64,000 nucleotides of DNA from Longimicrobiales bacterium (lineage in GTDB: Bacteria > Gemmatimonadota > Gemmatimonadetes > Longimicrobiales > Gaopeijiaceae), in NCBI GenBank assembly GCA_041690395.1, contig JAWLHJ010000001.1:832001-896000 (forward strand), in the 5' to 3' direction. Shown here piece after piece: positions 53,843 through 62,804 of the stretch; the stretch's first letter is position 1, and each line of letters opens with the position of its first letter. Made by a program: the position numbers and the translations under genes. The notes under the pieces were generated by a model. The model made no database searches and was not told the origin of the DNA. It worked only from the letters and a program-made list of their open reading frames with translations.

Positions 53843-54681
53843 GGGTGCGGAGCGGACGGAGGGCGCGCCCGTGGGCGGCCACATGCGACGCTGACGGCTA
53901 CCGGACCGTCGCCTGCGCGCTACTCGTGGCGACCCTCGCGGTTGCGGGGTGCGAGGGAGAGGCGCGGAGCGCGCGCGACGGAGCGCGGGAGTCCGAGACT
54001 CCCCTGCTGGTTCTCGCGGCGTCGGACCTGACGATCGCCTTCACGGAGCTGGAGCCGGCCTACGAGCAGGCGTCGGGAAACGAGGTGACCACGGTGTTCG
54101 GCTCCTCGGGCAACCTCGCCGCACAGATCCGCAACGGTGCCCCCGCGGATGTCTTCATCTCGGCCAACGAGTCCTTCGTGGACGACCTCGTGTCCGCCGG
54201 GCGGATCGATTCGGCGACGCGGGTCGAGGTCGCCGTGGGCCGCCTCGCGCTCGTGGTGCCCCCGGGTCGGGCGGTCGCGGAAGACCCGGGAGCGCTCACG
54301 GACCCCGTGTACCGCGTGATCGCGATCGCGAATCCGGAGCATGCGCCGTACGGTGTGGCTGCCCGCTCCGCCCTCCAGGCGACCGGTGCCTGGACCACGC
54401 TGGACGACCGGCTGGTCATGGGCGAGAACGTGGTCCAGGCCTACCAATACGTGCGGACGGGCAACGCCGATGCCGGCCTGGTGGCGCTCGGACTGTTGCG
54501 ATCCGCGGACCTGCCGTACAGACTCGTCGACGCCGACCTGCACGCCCCCATCCTGCAGGTCGGGGGCGTCGTGCGGGCCAGCCCGCATGCGTCTCGTGCG
54601 GCGGACTTCCTCGCGTGGGTGACGGGACCCGACGGTCGGGCGATCCTCCAAAGCTACGGCTTCGAGCCGCCCGAGCGATGA
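53839..54681 (+). CDS. modA: Molybdate ABC transporter substrate-binding protein
   Basis: AASDL, FGSSG.LA.QI.NGAPADVF.SA, IANP.HAPYG.AA, GENV. Confidence 0.92.
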   Translation: MRVRSGRRARPWAATCDADGYRTVACALLVATLAVAGCEGEARSARDGARESETPLLVLAASDLTIAFTELEPAYEQASGNEVTTVFGSSGNLAAQIRNGAPADVFISANESFVDDLVSAGRIDSATRVEVAVGRLALVVPPGRAVAEDPGALTDPVYRVIAIANPEHAPYGVAARSALQATGAWTTLDDRLVMGENVVQAYQYVRTGNADAGLVALGLLRSADLPYRLVDADLHAPILQVGGVVRASPHASRAADFLAWVTGPDGRAILQSYGFEPPER

Positions 54682-55331
54682 GTCCGCTCGCCCTCTCGTT
54701 CTGGGTCGCCCTGAATGCCACGGTCCTGGCCACCGTGGTTGGGCTTCCCCTGGCCTGGCTCCTCGCACGGAAGGCCATCCCCGGCAGGGACCTGCTGGCC
54801 GTCCTGGTTCTCCTCCCGATGGTCCTGCCTCCCACGGTGCTCGGCTACGGGCTCCTGCTGGTGCTGGGGCAGGGCGGGTTGGTCGGCGGGTGGGCGGAGT
54901 CGCTCGGGCTGGGCAGAATCGTGTTCTCGCGGACCGGGGCGATCATCGCGGCCTTCGTGGCGTCGGCTCCCTTCATGATCCGTGCGGCTCAGGCCGGGTT
55001 CGAGCAGGTCGACCCGGCGTACGAGGAGGCGGCCCGCACCCTTGGACGGGGTGAGATCGCGATCTGGCTCACGATCACGCTCCCCCTCGCCTGGCGAGCG
55101 GTTCTGGCGGGACTCGCGCTCACCTTCGCCCGCGCGGTCGGGGAGTTCGGGGCGACGGTCATGGTCGCCGGCAGCATCCCGGGGCGAACCCGGACCGCGA
55201 GCCTCGCCATCTACGATCACGTCCAGGCCGGTCGTATGGACGAGGCGGGCCTGCTGGCGCTGGTCCTCACGGGTGCGGCAGGGGTCGCCCTCCTGGTGCT
55301 GACCCGTGTGGGCAGGGGCCCCGGCTGGTGA
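54678..55331 (+). CDS. modB: Molybdate ABC transporter permease
   Basis: ATGA overlap; LPMVLPPTVLG, EEAARTLG, FARAVGEFGAT.M.AG.IPG.TRT. Confidence 0.92.
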   Translation: MSPLALSFWVALNATVLATVVGLPLAWLLARKAIPGRDLLAVLVLLPMVLPPTVLGYGLLLVLGQGGLVGGWAESLGLGRIVFSRTGAIIAAFVASAPFMIRAAQAGFEQVDPAYEEAARTLGRGEIAIWLTITLPLAWRAVLAGLALTFARAVGEFGATVMVAGSIPGRTRTASLAIYDHVQAGRMDEAGLLALVLTGAAGVALLVLTRVGRGPGW

Positions 55332-56053
55332 GCCTCGACGTCTCGCTCCGGGCGCGGTTCCCGGATTTCCGGCTCGACGTGTCGTTCGAGACGTCCGCGA
55401 CCGGGATCTCCGCCCTGTTCGGCCCGTCGGGCGCGGGTAAGTCGCTCACTCTGCGACATCTGGCCGGGCTCGAGCGCGCCGAGGCCGGTCACGTCCGGCT
55501 CGGCTCCCGCACGCTCCTCGACGCGGCGGCCGGCGTGTTCGTGAGGCCGCGGGACAGGCGCATCGGACTCGTCTTCCAGGAGTACGCCCTCTTTCCGCAC
55601 CTGGACGTGAGAGCGAACGTCGCCTTCGGCCTCCATGACCGTCCGCGCGACGCACGGCGTAGGCGGGTCGACGAGTTGCTCTCCCTCGTGGGCCTGGAGG
55701 GATACGGGGAACGGAATACACGAAGTCTCTCGGGTGGCGAGCGGCAGCGGGTGGCCATCGCGCGCGCCCTCGCGCCCGAGCCGGAGCTACTGCTTCTGGA
55801 CGAGCCTTTCGCGGCGCTGGACTTCCGGGTCCGGGGCGATCTCCGGCGAGCACTCGGCGAGATCCAGAGGCATACCTCCGTACCCATGATCCTCGTGACC
55901 CACGCGCTCGAAGACGTCCGGGCTCTTGCGGATACCCTGGTGTTGATGGACCAGGGCAGGGTCGTCACGACGGGCCCGACGGTCTCGGTCCTGGAGGACC
56001 CTCCGTCGGCGGACGCGGCGGCGCTCGTCGGCTCAGCGCTCCGCTCCTCATGA
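55328..56053 (+). CDS. modC: Molybdate ABC transporter ATPase
   Basis: GPSGAGKS, VFQ.YALFPH, LSGGERQR, LLLDEPF, VTH. Confidence 0.9.
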   Translation: MSLDVSLRARFPDFRLDVSFETSATGISALFGPSGAGKSLTLRHLAGLERAEAGHVRLGSRTLLDAAAGVFVRPRDRRIGLVFQEYALFPHLDVRANVAFGLHDRPRDARRRRVDELLSLVGLEGYGERNTRSLSGGERQRVAIARALAPEPELLLLDEPFAALDFRVRGDLRRALGEIQRHTSVPMILVTHALEDVRALADTLVLMDQGRVVTTGPTVSVLEDPPSADAAALVGSALRSS

Positions 56054-56161
56054 GTCCGGGGCGTCGAAAAAACCCTTGGCGTTCCTCCGAGGTGCGCGGT
56101 TAGCGTATAAGGAGTCCCGGGAAGCCATCCCGACACCCCACTCCTCCGATTGGAGATCGCT

Positions 56162-57082
56162 TTGAACCGCATGTCCCGAGTCCTGGCGGCCGGTGCCGTC
56201 CTGGCTGCCGTGACCTCTCTCACGGCCGAGCCGGCCTCCTCCCAGAACTGGAAGGAAGCGCCGCTCTACGAGGCCCTGAGCCTCACCGCGGGCTTCATGC
56301 CCGATCCGGTATCGCGCTCGCTCCAGGCGGGCGGCAACGACAGCAACCCGATCGACGGCTCCGGATGTGCCGGCTATATCAACGCCGAGCGGCCCGACTA
56401 CGACCTGAACTACACGGCCGGCAGCTCGTCGCTCTACATCTACGCGCGCTCGGGGAGCGACGTGACGTTGCTGGTCAACGACCCGGCGGGCAACTGGCAC
56501 TGCAGCGACGACTGGGACGGAACGGATCCGATGGTCCAGTTCGACAACCCCCGGAGCGGGAACTACAACGTCTGGGTGGGCACGTACTCGTCCGGAACCA
56601 CGCAGCCGGCCACCCTCCACTTCAGCGAGATCACGCCATCGACCGGTGATGCGTCCGGCACGGGCTTCGGACCGGGCATGCCCGACATCTCGGCCCTTCC
56701 GGTCTACGAGACGTTCGATCTCTCCGCCGGCTTCACCCCGGACCCGCTCTCGCGCACGCTCCTGGCCGGGGGCAGCGACCCCAATCCCGTTTCCGGCTCC
56801 GGATGCACCGGGTATCTCAACCTGGAGGCGCCCGACTTCGATCTGAACTACACGTCCGGGTCGTTTCCGCTCTACATCTACGCCGAGTCGAGCGCCGATC
56901 TCACGCTCGTGGTGAACGACGCGAACGGCACGTGGCATTGCAGCGACGACGCCAACGGTACCAACCCGATGATCCACCTGCCGAACCCGCCCAGCGGGAA
57001 CTACAACATCTGGGTCGGCACCTACTCTTCGGGCTCCCTCCACAGCGCGACGCTCTACCTCTCCGAAGTGTCGCCCTCCTGA
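56162..57082 (+). CDS. Exported protein of two tandem ~135-aa PPC-like beta domains
   Basis: Signal peptide; duplicated 'L.AGF.PDP...AGG...GC.GY...PD..LNY...D.TL.VN...G.W.CSDD..G..P......P.SGNYN.WVGTY'; start TTG 56162 or ATG 56171. Confidence 0.8.
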   Translation: MNRMSRVLAAGAVLAAVTSLTAEPASSQNWKEAPLYEALSLTAGFMPDPVSRSLQAGGNDSNPIDGSGCAGYINAERPDYDLNYTAGSSSLYIYARSGSDVTLLVNDPAGNWHCSDDWDGTDPMVQFDNPRSGNYNVWVGTYSSGTTQPATLHFSEITPSTGDASGTGFGPGMPDISALPVYETFDLSAGFTPDPLSRTLLAGGSDPNPVSGSGCTGYLNLEAPDFDLNYTSGSFPLYIYAESSADLTLVVNDANGTWHCSDDANGTNPMIHLPNPPSGNYNIWVGTYSSGSLHSATLYLSEVSPS

Positions 57083-57167
57083 CCGTTCCGGGCCTGACGG
57101 AGGGCAGGCGTGCCGGACTCGGCGCGCCTCCCTCCGTCGCGTCCGGCCGGGCGGCGCGCGGCGGAAG

Positions 57168-59663
57168 TCAGCGCCGCCGCGTCCCCGACGTCGCGACCGA
57201 CGCGTCCGGCTCCACGGTGGGGCCGGCCAGGGGCCCGCTGAGCCGGAGCCCGATCTCGAGCGGAGTGCCGTTCGCGCGGAGCCCGTTCAGCACGTCCGAC
57301 CCGATGCCCGTGCGCCTCAGGGACAGCCCCCCGAGCTCGGAGGCCGGAATCGACAGGCCGAGTGAGAGATCCGTTCCTCCCTCGAGCGCGATCATTCCTG
57401 AAAGCATCGCATCGCAAAGCGCCCCCGTGAGCTCGCTCCGCTCGATCTCCAGGAGCGTATCCCGGATCGTGAAGTCCGTCGCCCATTCTTCGAACGGGAG
57501 CGACTCCCAGCCATCCGCCGAGAGGAAATCCGCCACCGCGTAGTTGATTCCGGTGCGCGACACGGAACCGTTCCTGAGCGTGAGCGTTCCGGAGCCGTTC
57601 AGCCCCTGGCGAGCGGGGAGCAGGGTCCGCTCGGTGGCGCCCTGCAGGTCGATCTCGAAGTCGGCCTCTCCTTCGAAGGTGTCTCCGACCGGGGTCAGGG
57701 TGGAGAAGAACGACGCGGCCACGACGTCGCGCAGCGCGAGCTCGAGCGCGAAAGGCTCCGTGTCGGCGGCCCCCACCCCGAGCGTCAGGGCCCCCGCGCC
57801 GGTTCCGCCCCACGTCTCGAACGCCGCGTCCCGTACGACGAGCTCGGACGGGGAGAGCTCGACGATCGCCGACAGGTTCTCGAGCGAGAACGGCGAGAGT
57901 GACAGGGTGTCCAGATCCAGCGCGACCGAACCCACGACCGGGAGGGCCGTCGGGCGCGACATGCCCCGGTCACGCACGGCGACGCCCGCGCCGAAGCCGC
58001 CCACGGTCCGACGTCCGAGGTGCGCGAAGGCGGCCTGCGCGTAGGTCGCGTCGGTGCGGGGCTCCGCCCTCCCGAGAACGGCGCCGAGATCCAGGCTCCC
58101 GCCATGGAGGGCGGCTTCCAGGACCGGTGGCCTGTCCGGTCCCGGGCCGGACGGGCGCGGGGGAGCGCTCCAGGGGGTCGCCAACGCGCTCACGATCGTG
58201 GCCACCGGGAGCGGAATACGATTCAACCGCCCGGTGGTCTGCAACGGGTCGATCCCCGCCATGACGATCACGTCGCTCCAGAACATGTCGCCGCCCCTGA
58301 AGGATGCCGTGCCGTTGGCCACGTAGACGGGCACGTCGATCCGGGCGTGATCGACCCTGAGGCCCGCGACGGTGCCGGTGCCCGTCAGATCCAGCCGCTC
58401 AGGAACGTCCAGCGAGCCGGACAGCACCACATCGACCGTCAGGCTACCCGCGAACCGGGCCCATTCCGGCGTCCAACCCAGCCGGTCGAGCACCGCCAGG
58501 TCGGGGCGCGCCCACGCCTCGATCCTTACGCGCCGGTCCTCGCCGGCGACCCGCCCGTACAACTCGAACGCGCCGTCTGCGAAGAAGCCGCTCACGGCGT
58601 GGAGCAGCAGCGTATCCGGCGCGAACTCCAACGTTCCGGTGACGGCTTCGGCGACGGGCTCATTTCCGCGCACGACATCCACGCCGAGGAGGGCGATTTC
58701 GCCCCGCAGTACCGGGCTCGAAGTGCTCGGCCCGGGGGCGGCGAGATGAGCGTCGAGGGCGACCGTCCCAGTGATCCGCGTATCCGGCGAGCTCGGGGCC
58801 CGGCCCATCCACGTCGCGAGCGTGGCTGCGGGCAGCTCATCGTGCGTGAGTCGGAGGTCGAGCGAGGGCTCGGCTCCTCGGGTGTCGGAGATCCGGCCGC
58901 CGACGGACAGAAACTGGCCGGCGTGCGACAGCACACCTTCCTCGATCTCTATGCGGTCGAAGACCTCGTCCCCGTACAGGATGCCGCTGGCGCTCGGACC
59001 CGCCGCGTGCAGCGCGGGGCGCCCCGGATCACTGAAGAGCACGCGCATCGAGTCCGACGTGGCCTCCACCGCCATCCGCCACCCCTCGGGTCCGCCGCGG
59101 TCCAGGTCGGCATCGAGGCTCGCTCCGGTGAGCGTGAGGGCACGAGATTCGGGCGCGTCCGCGTAGGTCACGGTGGCACCCTCGAGACGGATCCGGCGGA
59201 GCGCGATGCCCAGGGCGCCTTGCGCTTGCTCCCCGACGTCGCGACGTCGCGGTATCAGGTCGCCGAAGTTCGACACACCCTGCTCGTCGATGGCCAGGTG
59301 GACTCTCGGTCCCTCGGCCCGGAGCCCGCTCACGCGAAGGCGGCCGACGATGAGCGGGAGGATCGCGAGCTCCATCCAGACGTCGTCGGCCTCGAGCACG
59401 GGCGGTCCCTCGAAGGCCTCCAGGTTGTCGACACGCACGTCCGAGATCCTGGCTCCCGGCCGGGGCAGGAGGACGAGCGAAGCTTCGCCGATAGACACGC
59501 TCCGATTCAGCGCGGCCGACGCGCGCGGCACCAGCCTACCCGCGAGCTCATCGGCGTCGACCAACACCTCGAGGGCGATGGCGACCGCCGAGAACGCCAG
59601 AACCGCGCCGAGCGCGAGCGCGGCCGCGGTTCGGCCGAGGATCCGGATGGCACGCCTGTCCAT
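57168..59663 (-). CDS. AsmA-family (AsmA-like bridge) protein
   Basis: AGGAGG RBS; N-terminal TM; 'ALNRSV.I', 'G.SNF.DL', beta-rich body; C-terminal 'L.GP...P.V'. Confidence 0.75.
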   Translation of the reverse strand: MDRRAIRILGRTAAALALGAVLAFSAVAIALEVLVDADELAGRLVPRASAALNRSVSIGEASLVLLPRPGARISDVRVDNLEAFEGPPVLEADDVWMELAILPLIVGRLRVSGLRAEGPRVHLAIDEQGVSNFGDLIPRRRDVGEQAQGALGIALRRIRLEGATVTYADAPESRALTLTGASLDADLDRGGPEGWRMAVEATSDSMRVLFSDPGRPALHAAGPSASGILYGDEVFDRIEIEEGVLSHAGQFLSVGGRISDTRGAEPSLDLRLTHDELPAATLATWMGRAPSSPDTRITGTVALDAHLAAPGPSTSSPVLRGEIALLGVDVVRGNEPVAEAVTGTLEFAPDTLLLHAVSGFFADGAFELYGRVAGEDRRVRIEAWARPDLAVLDRLGWTPEWARFAGSLTVDVVLSGSLDVPERLDLTGTGTVAGLRVDHARIDVPVYVANGTASFRGGDMFWSDVIVMAGIDPLQTTGRLNRIPLPVATIVSALATPWSAPPRPSGPGPDRPPVLEAALHGGSLDLGAVLGRAEPRTDATYAQAAFAHLGRRTVGGFGAGVAVRDRGMSRPTALPVVGSVALDLDTLSLSPFSLENLSAIVELSPSELVVRDAAFETWGGTGAGALTLGVGAADTEPFALELALRDVVAASFFSTLTPVGDTFEGEADFEIDLQGATERTLLPARQGLNGSGTLTLRNGSVSRTGINYAVADFLSADGWESLPFEEWATDFTIRDTLLEIERSELTGALCDAMLSGMIALEGGTDLSLGLSIPASELGGLSLRRTGIGSDVLNGLRANGTPLEIGLRLSGPLAGPTVEPDASVATSGTRRR

Positions 59664-59818
59664 GATGTTCCTCCTGGTTCTCGAAGCGGGTCCGGCAGCC
59701 CGGGAAGCGGTTTGGTGAGACCGTCGGGCGCCCCGGGAAGCGGTGCCTGCGCTCAGCCCTCGTCGCAAGGAAGGTGCCACCCTGCGCGTCCCGCCACCCC
59801 ACGGCGTGGTCGTGTGTG

Positions 59819-59847
59819 TTGACATCAAATGTGATAACACATATAAT
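59819..59847 (+). promoter_or_regulatory. Consensus sigma70 promoter TTGACA-N17-TATAAT embedded in an inverted repeat
   Basis: Exact hexamers at 59819-59824 and 59842-59847; flanking TGTGTT...AACACA symmetry; ATG 6 nt after the -10. Confidence 0.88.
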
Positions 59848-59853
59848 CGGCTC

Positions 59854-60321
59854 ATGGTGACGAATCTGCAGGAAGAGCTACGCCAGAAGCGTCCGTTCGC
59901 GAGCACGGAACAGGAGGCGTTCCTGAGCCTCGGGCGGACATGGGCCGTGTTGGAGCACGCCTTCTCGGAGGCTCTCAAGCCGCATGGGATTACGCCGACG
60001 CAGTACAACGCGCTTCGCATTCTTAGGGGGACCGGCCCGGGAGGGCTGAGCAGGGCCGACGTCATCGATCGCATGGTGTCGAGAGTTCCCGACGCGACTC
60101 GGCTTCTGGATCGCCTCGAGGCCATGGGTCTGAGCGTTCGGGCGCGTGATCCCGAGGACCGCCGGTACGTGCGGACGAGCATCACGAAGCAGGGGATGGC
60201 CCTTCTCGCGGAGCTCGACGACCCGGTCCAGGAGCTCCACGAGCGGCACCTGGGCGCGCTCGACGAGACAGAGCTCGAGATCCTCATCGGCCTCCTGGCA
60301 CGCATTCGCTCGGCGATATGA
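59854..60321 (+). CDS. MarR-family transcriptional regulator
   Basis: LKPHGITPTQYNALRILRG, PDATRLLDRLE..G, DRR.V...IT..G. Confidence 0.9.
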   Translation: MVTNLQEELRQKRPFASTEQEAFLSLGRTWAVLEHAFSEALKPHGITPTQYNALRILRGTGPGGLSRADVIDRMVSRVPDATRLLDRLEAMGLSVRARDPEDRRYVRTSITKQGMALLAELDDPVQELHERHLGALDETELEILIGLLARIRSAI

Positions 60322-60356
60322 GCGGGATCCTCGCATACTCCAAGGAGTCGCATACC

Positions 60357-60866
60357 ATGAGCACGACGACGAGCCATCATCGTTCCGGCGCGCACGACCT
60401 CGCGCTTCTAGTCCTTCGCGTCGCCCTCGGCGCGATCTTCATCGCTCACGGAGGCCAGAAGCTCTTCTGGTTCGGCATCGCGGGCACGACCGAAGCGTTC
60501 GTGGGCATGGGTGTCTTCCTCCCCCAGCTCACCGCACCGGCGGTCGCGATCGTAGAGCTCTTCGGCGGCCTCGCGCTGGTGGCCGGCCTGTTCACCCGCC
60601 TGGCCGCTGCGAGCATCGCCGTCGTCATGCTCGGAGCCATGGTCATGGTCCATCTGCCGGCCGGCTTCTTCCTGCCCAACGGCATCGAGTTCGTGCTGAT
60701 GAACTTCGCTGCCGCGGTGGCGCTCGCCCTCCTCGGCGCAGGAGCCTACTCCGTCGATGGTCAGCGTGCCGCGGCACGCCAGGAAGACCGGTCGGCCACA
60801 ACTACAAAGGCGCCCACGGGAGCGCAGCCGGAAGCAGGAGCGGCGCCGGAGTCCGACGCGCCGTGA
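60357..60866 (+). CDS. DoxX-family membrane protein (CatD-like)
   Basis: AAGGAG RBS; LRV.LG..F..HG.QK, EL.GG..L..GL.TR, G.E, GAG.YS.D. Confidence 0.9.
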   Translation: MSTTTSHHRSGAHDLALLVLRVALGAIFIAHGGQKLFWFGIAGTTEAFVGMGVFLPQLTAPAVAIVELFGGLALVAGLFTRLAAASIAVVMLGAMVMVHLPAGFFLPNGIEFVLMNFAAAVALALLGAGAYSVDGQRAAARQEDRSATTTKAPTGAQPEAGAAPESDAP

Positions 60867-61819
60867 GCACGGCTGACGCACTCGGCCGCGCGGGCTCGCC
60901 CGACCCGAGCCGCGGCCCGACCGAGACCCCATCCGGCATCGCGCCCGGCGGATACCGCCTCCCCGGGGCCGCCCGGGTGGGCGCAGTCCGCCTGTTGGTC
61001 GGCGACCTCGACCGCTCCCTCGACTGGTATACCGGCGTGCTCAGCTTCGACGTCCTGGAGCGCGCGGAGCGCCGGAGTGCGCGCGGGCACGAGGACGTCG
61101 ACGGTCGCTGGGCCGCTCTGGGCCCGTCGGCCGGCCCCGTGCTCGTAGAGCTGTACGAGCGCCCCGGCGCCCACCCGGTCTCGCGTCGCGGGAGGCTCGG
61201 TCTCTTCCATTTCGCCGTGCTGCTCCCGGATCGCGCCGCGCTCGGACGGTTCGTCCGGCACGCGGAGGGCATGCGAGAGCCGGTCGGGGCCTCGGACCAC
61301 CGGGTGAGCGAGGCCGTCTACCTGCACGACCCGGACGGCCTCGGAGTGGAGGTCTATGCGGACCGCCCGCGCGATACCTGGCGTCATCGCGGCCGCGAGG
61401 TCGAGATGACGACCGAGCCGCTCGACCTTCCTGATCTGCTGGCCGCCGCCGGAGGCGAGCCGTGGGCAGGCATGCCGGAGGGCACGACGATCGGACACGT
61501 ACACCTGCACGTCGGCGCCCTCGACGAGGCCGAGCGGTTCTACCACGAAGGACTCGGCCTCGACAAGATGGTGTGGAGCTACCCGGGGGCCCTCTTCCTC
61601 GCGGCCGGCGGATACCACCACCACCTGGGCGTCAACACGTGGGCCGCCGGCGCGGCGGCACCCTCGGACGACGATGCGCGCCTGCTGGAGTGGGAGCTCG
61701 TGGTGCCGACCGAAACCGACGCCACGAGCGCGCTCCACGCGGTGGGCGCCGACCCGGCAGAGAGCGGGCTGGCGCGCGATCTCTGGGGGACGGCCGTGCG
61801 CGTTCGGACCCCGGCGTGA
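60863..61819 (+). CDS. catE: VOC-family catechol 2,3-dioxygenase (CatE-like)
   Basis: GTGA overlap; GLFHFA.LLP.R, GASDH.VSEA.YL.DPDG.G.E.Y.DRP, IGHVHL.V, FL.AGGYHHH.G.N.W. Confidence 0.85.
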   Translation: MSTADALGRAGSPDPSRGPTETPSGIAPGGYRLPGAARVGAVRLLVGDLDRSLDWYTGVLSFDVLERAERRSARGHEDVDGRWAALGPSAGPVLVELYERPGAHPVSRRGRLGLFHFAVLLPDRAALGRFVRHAEGMREPVGASDHRVSEAVYLHDPDGLGVEVYADRPRDTWRHRGREVEMTTEPLDLPDLLAAAGGEPWAGMPEGTTIGHVHLHVGALDEAERFYHEGLGLDKMVWSYPGALFLAAGGYHHHLGVNTWAAGAAAPSDDDARLLEWELVVPTETDATSALHAVGADPAESGLARDLWGTAVRVRTPA

Positions 61820-61858
61820 TATCATCCGCCATCGATCCACGCCCGACCCGAGCCCATC

Positions 61859-62389
61859 ATGAAGACCTACCGCACGCTCCGCCCCGTCGAAGGTGAATAC
61901 GCGCCATTCTACGCAGGGTACATCGCGAACGTCCCGGACGGGGACATCGTCGCGACGCTCGCCCACACCGCCGACGGCGCCAGCGAGCTTCTCGGCGGCG
62001 TCTCCGAGGAGGTCGCCGAGCTGGCCTATGCCCCCGGCAAGTGGACCCTGAAGGAAGTCGTTCAGCACTGCGCGGACGCGGAGCGGATCTTCGCCTACCG
62101 CGCGCTTCGGATCGGGCGCGCGGACACGACCGATCTGGCCGGGTGGGACGAGCAGGCCTACATGGAGCCCGCCCGTGCCAACGAGCGGACGCTGCTTTCG
62201 CTCACCGACGAGCTCAGGTCGACGCGCGAGGCGACGCTCAGCCTGCTCGAGGGTCTCCCCGAAGACGCATGGCCGCGTCGCGGCCGCGCCAACGGAATGG
62301 AGGTGACCGTGCGGGGCATCGCCTGGATCACTGCGGGACACCTCCTCCACCACCTCGGCATCGTCCGGGAGCGCTACCTGGGGATGTAG
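61859..62389 (+). CDS. DinB/YfiT-family protein
   Basis: EY.PFY..YI, YAPGKWT.KEVV.H..D.ERIF.YR.L, GH..HH...RERYL. Confidence 0.88.
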   Translation: MKTYRTLRPVEGEYAPFYAGYIANVPDGDIVATLAHTADGASELLGGVSEEVAELAYAPGKWTLKEVVQHCADAERIFAYRALRIGRADTTDLAGWDEQAYMEPARANERTLLSLTDELRSTREATLSLLEGLPEDAWPRRGRANGMEVTVRGIAWITAGHLLHHLGIVRERYLGM

Positions 62390-62734
62390 CAGGTCGCTGA
62401 AACAGGGGAGCACCCCGGACCCGTGCTGCGCACGGGTGCCCCGGGAGCGCCACGGCCCCGAGCCGTAGGCGGAGCGACGACCGCATAGCCATAGCTACGC
62501 GGAGGAGCTCCAACGACCGGAACGGGGCCGTGCCGCCCCAACCCTTCAGCATGTAAGATCATATCATTCCGCTTGGTGGGCGCATGGGGGTTTCGCCGGT
62601 GATGCGGCGTCACTCCTCGCTCGCCGTAGCGCTGCTATGGCTCGTCGTCGTTCCTTGCCTGACCAGCGAAAGCGCGGGGCACCCGCGCCGTAGGCGTGGG
62701 TCGCGCGGGGTGCTCCCCCGTTTCAGCGACCTGC
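62389..62734. mobile_element. 346-bp non-coding palindromic element (MITE/REPIN-like) with 29-bp terminal inverted repeats
   Basis: GCAGGTCGCTGAAAC(A/G)GGGGAGCACCCCG at both ends (28/29); weaker inverted similarity continues about 120 bp inward. Confidence 0.7.
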
Positions 62735-62804
62735 CGGGCTGATCCCTCTCGGGTGGGTTTCCGGTCCTTCCTCGTGATGATCTCACCGAGGAGGACTCTG
62801 GAAG

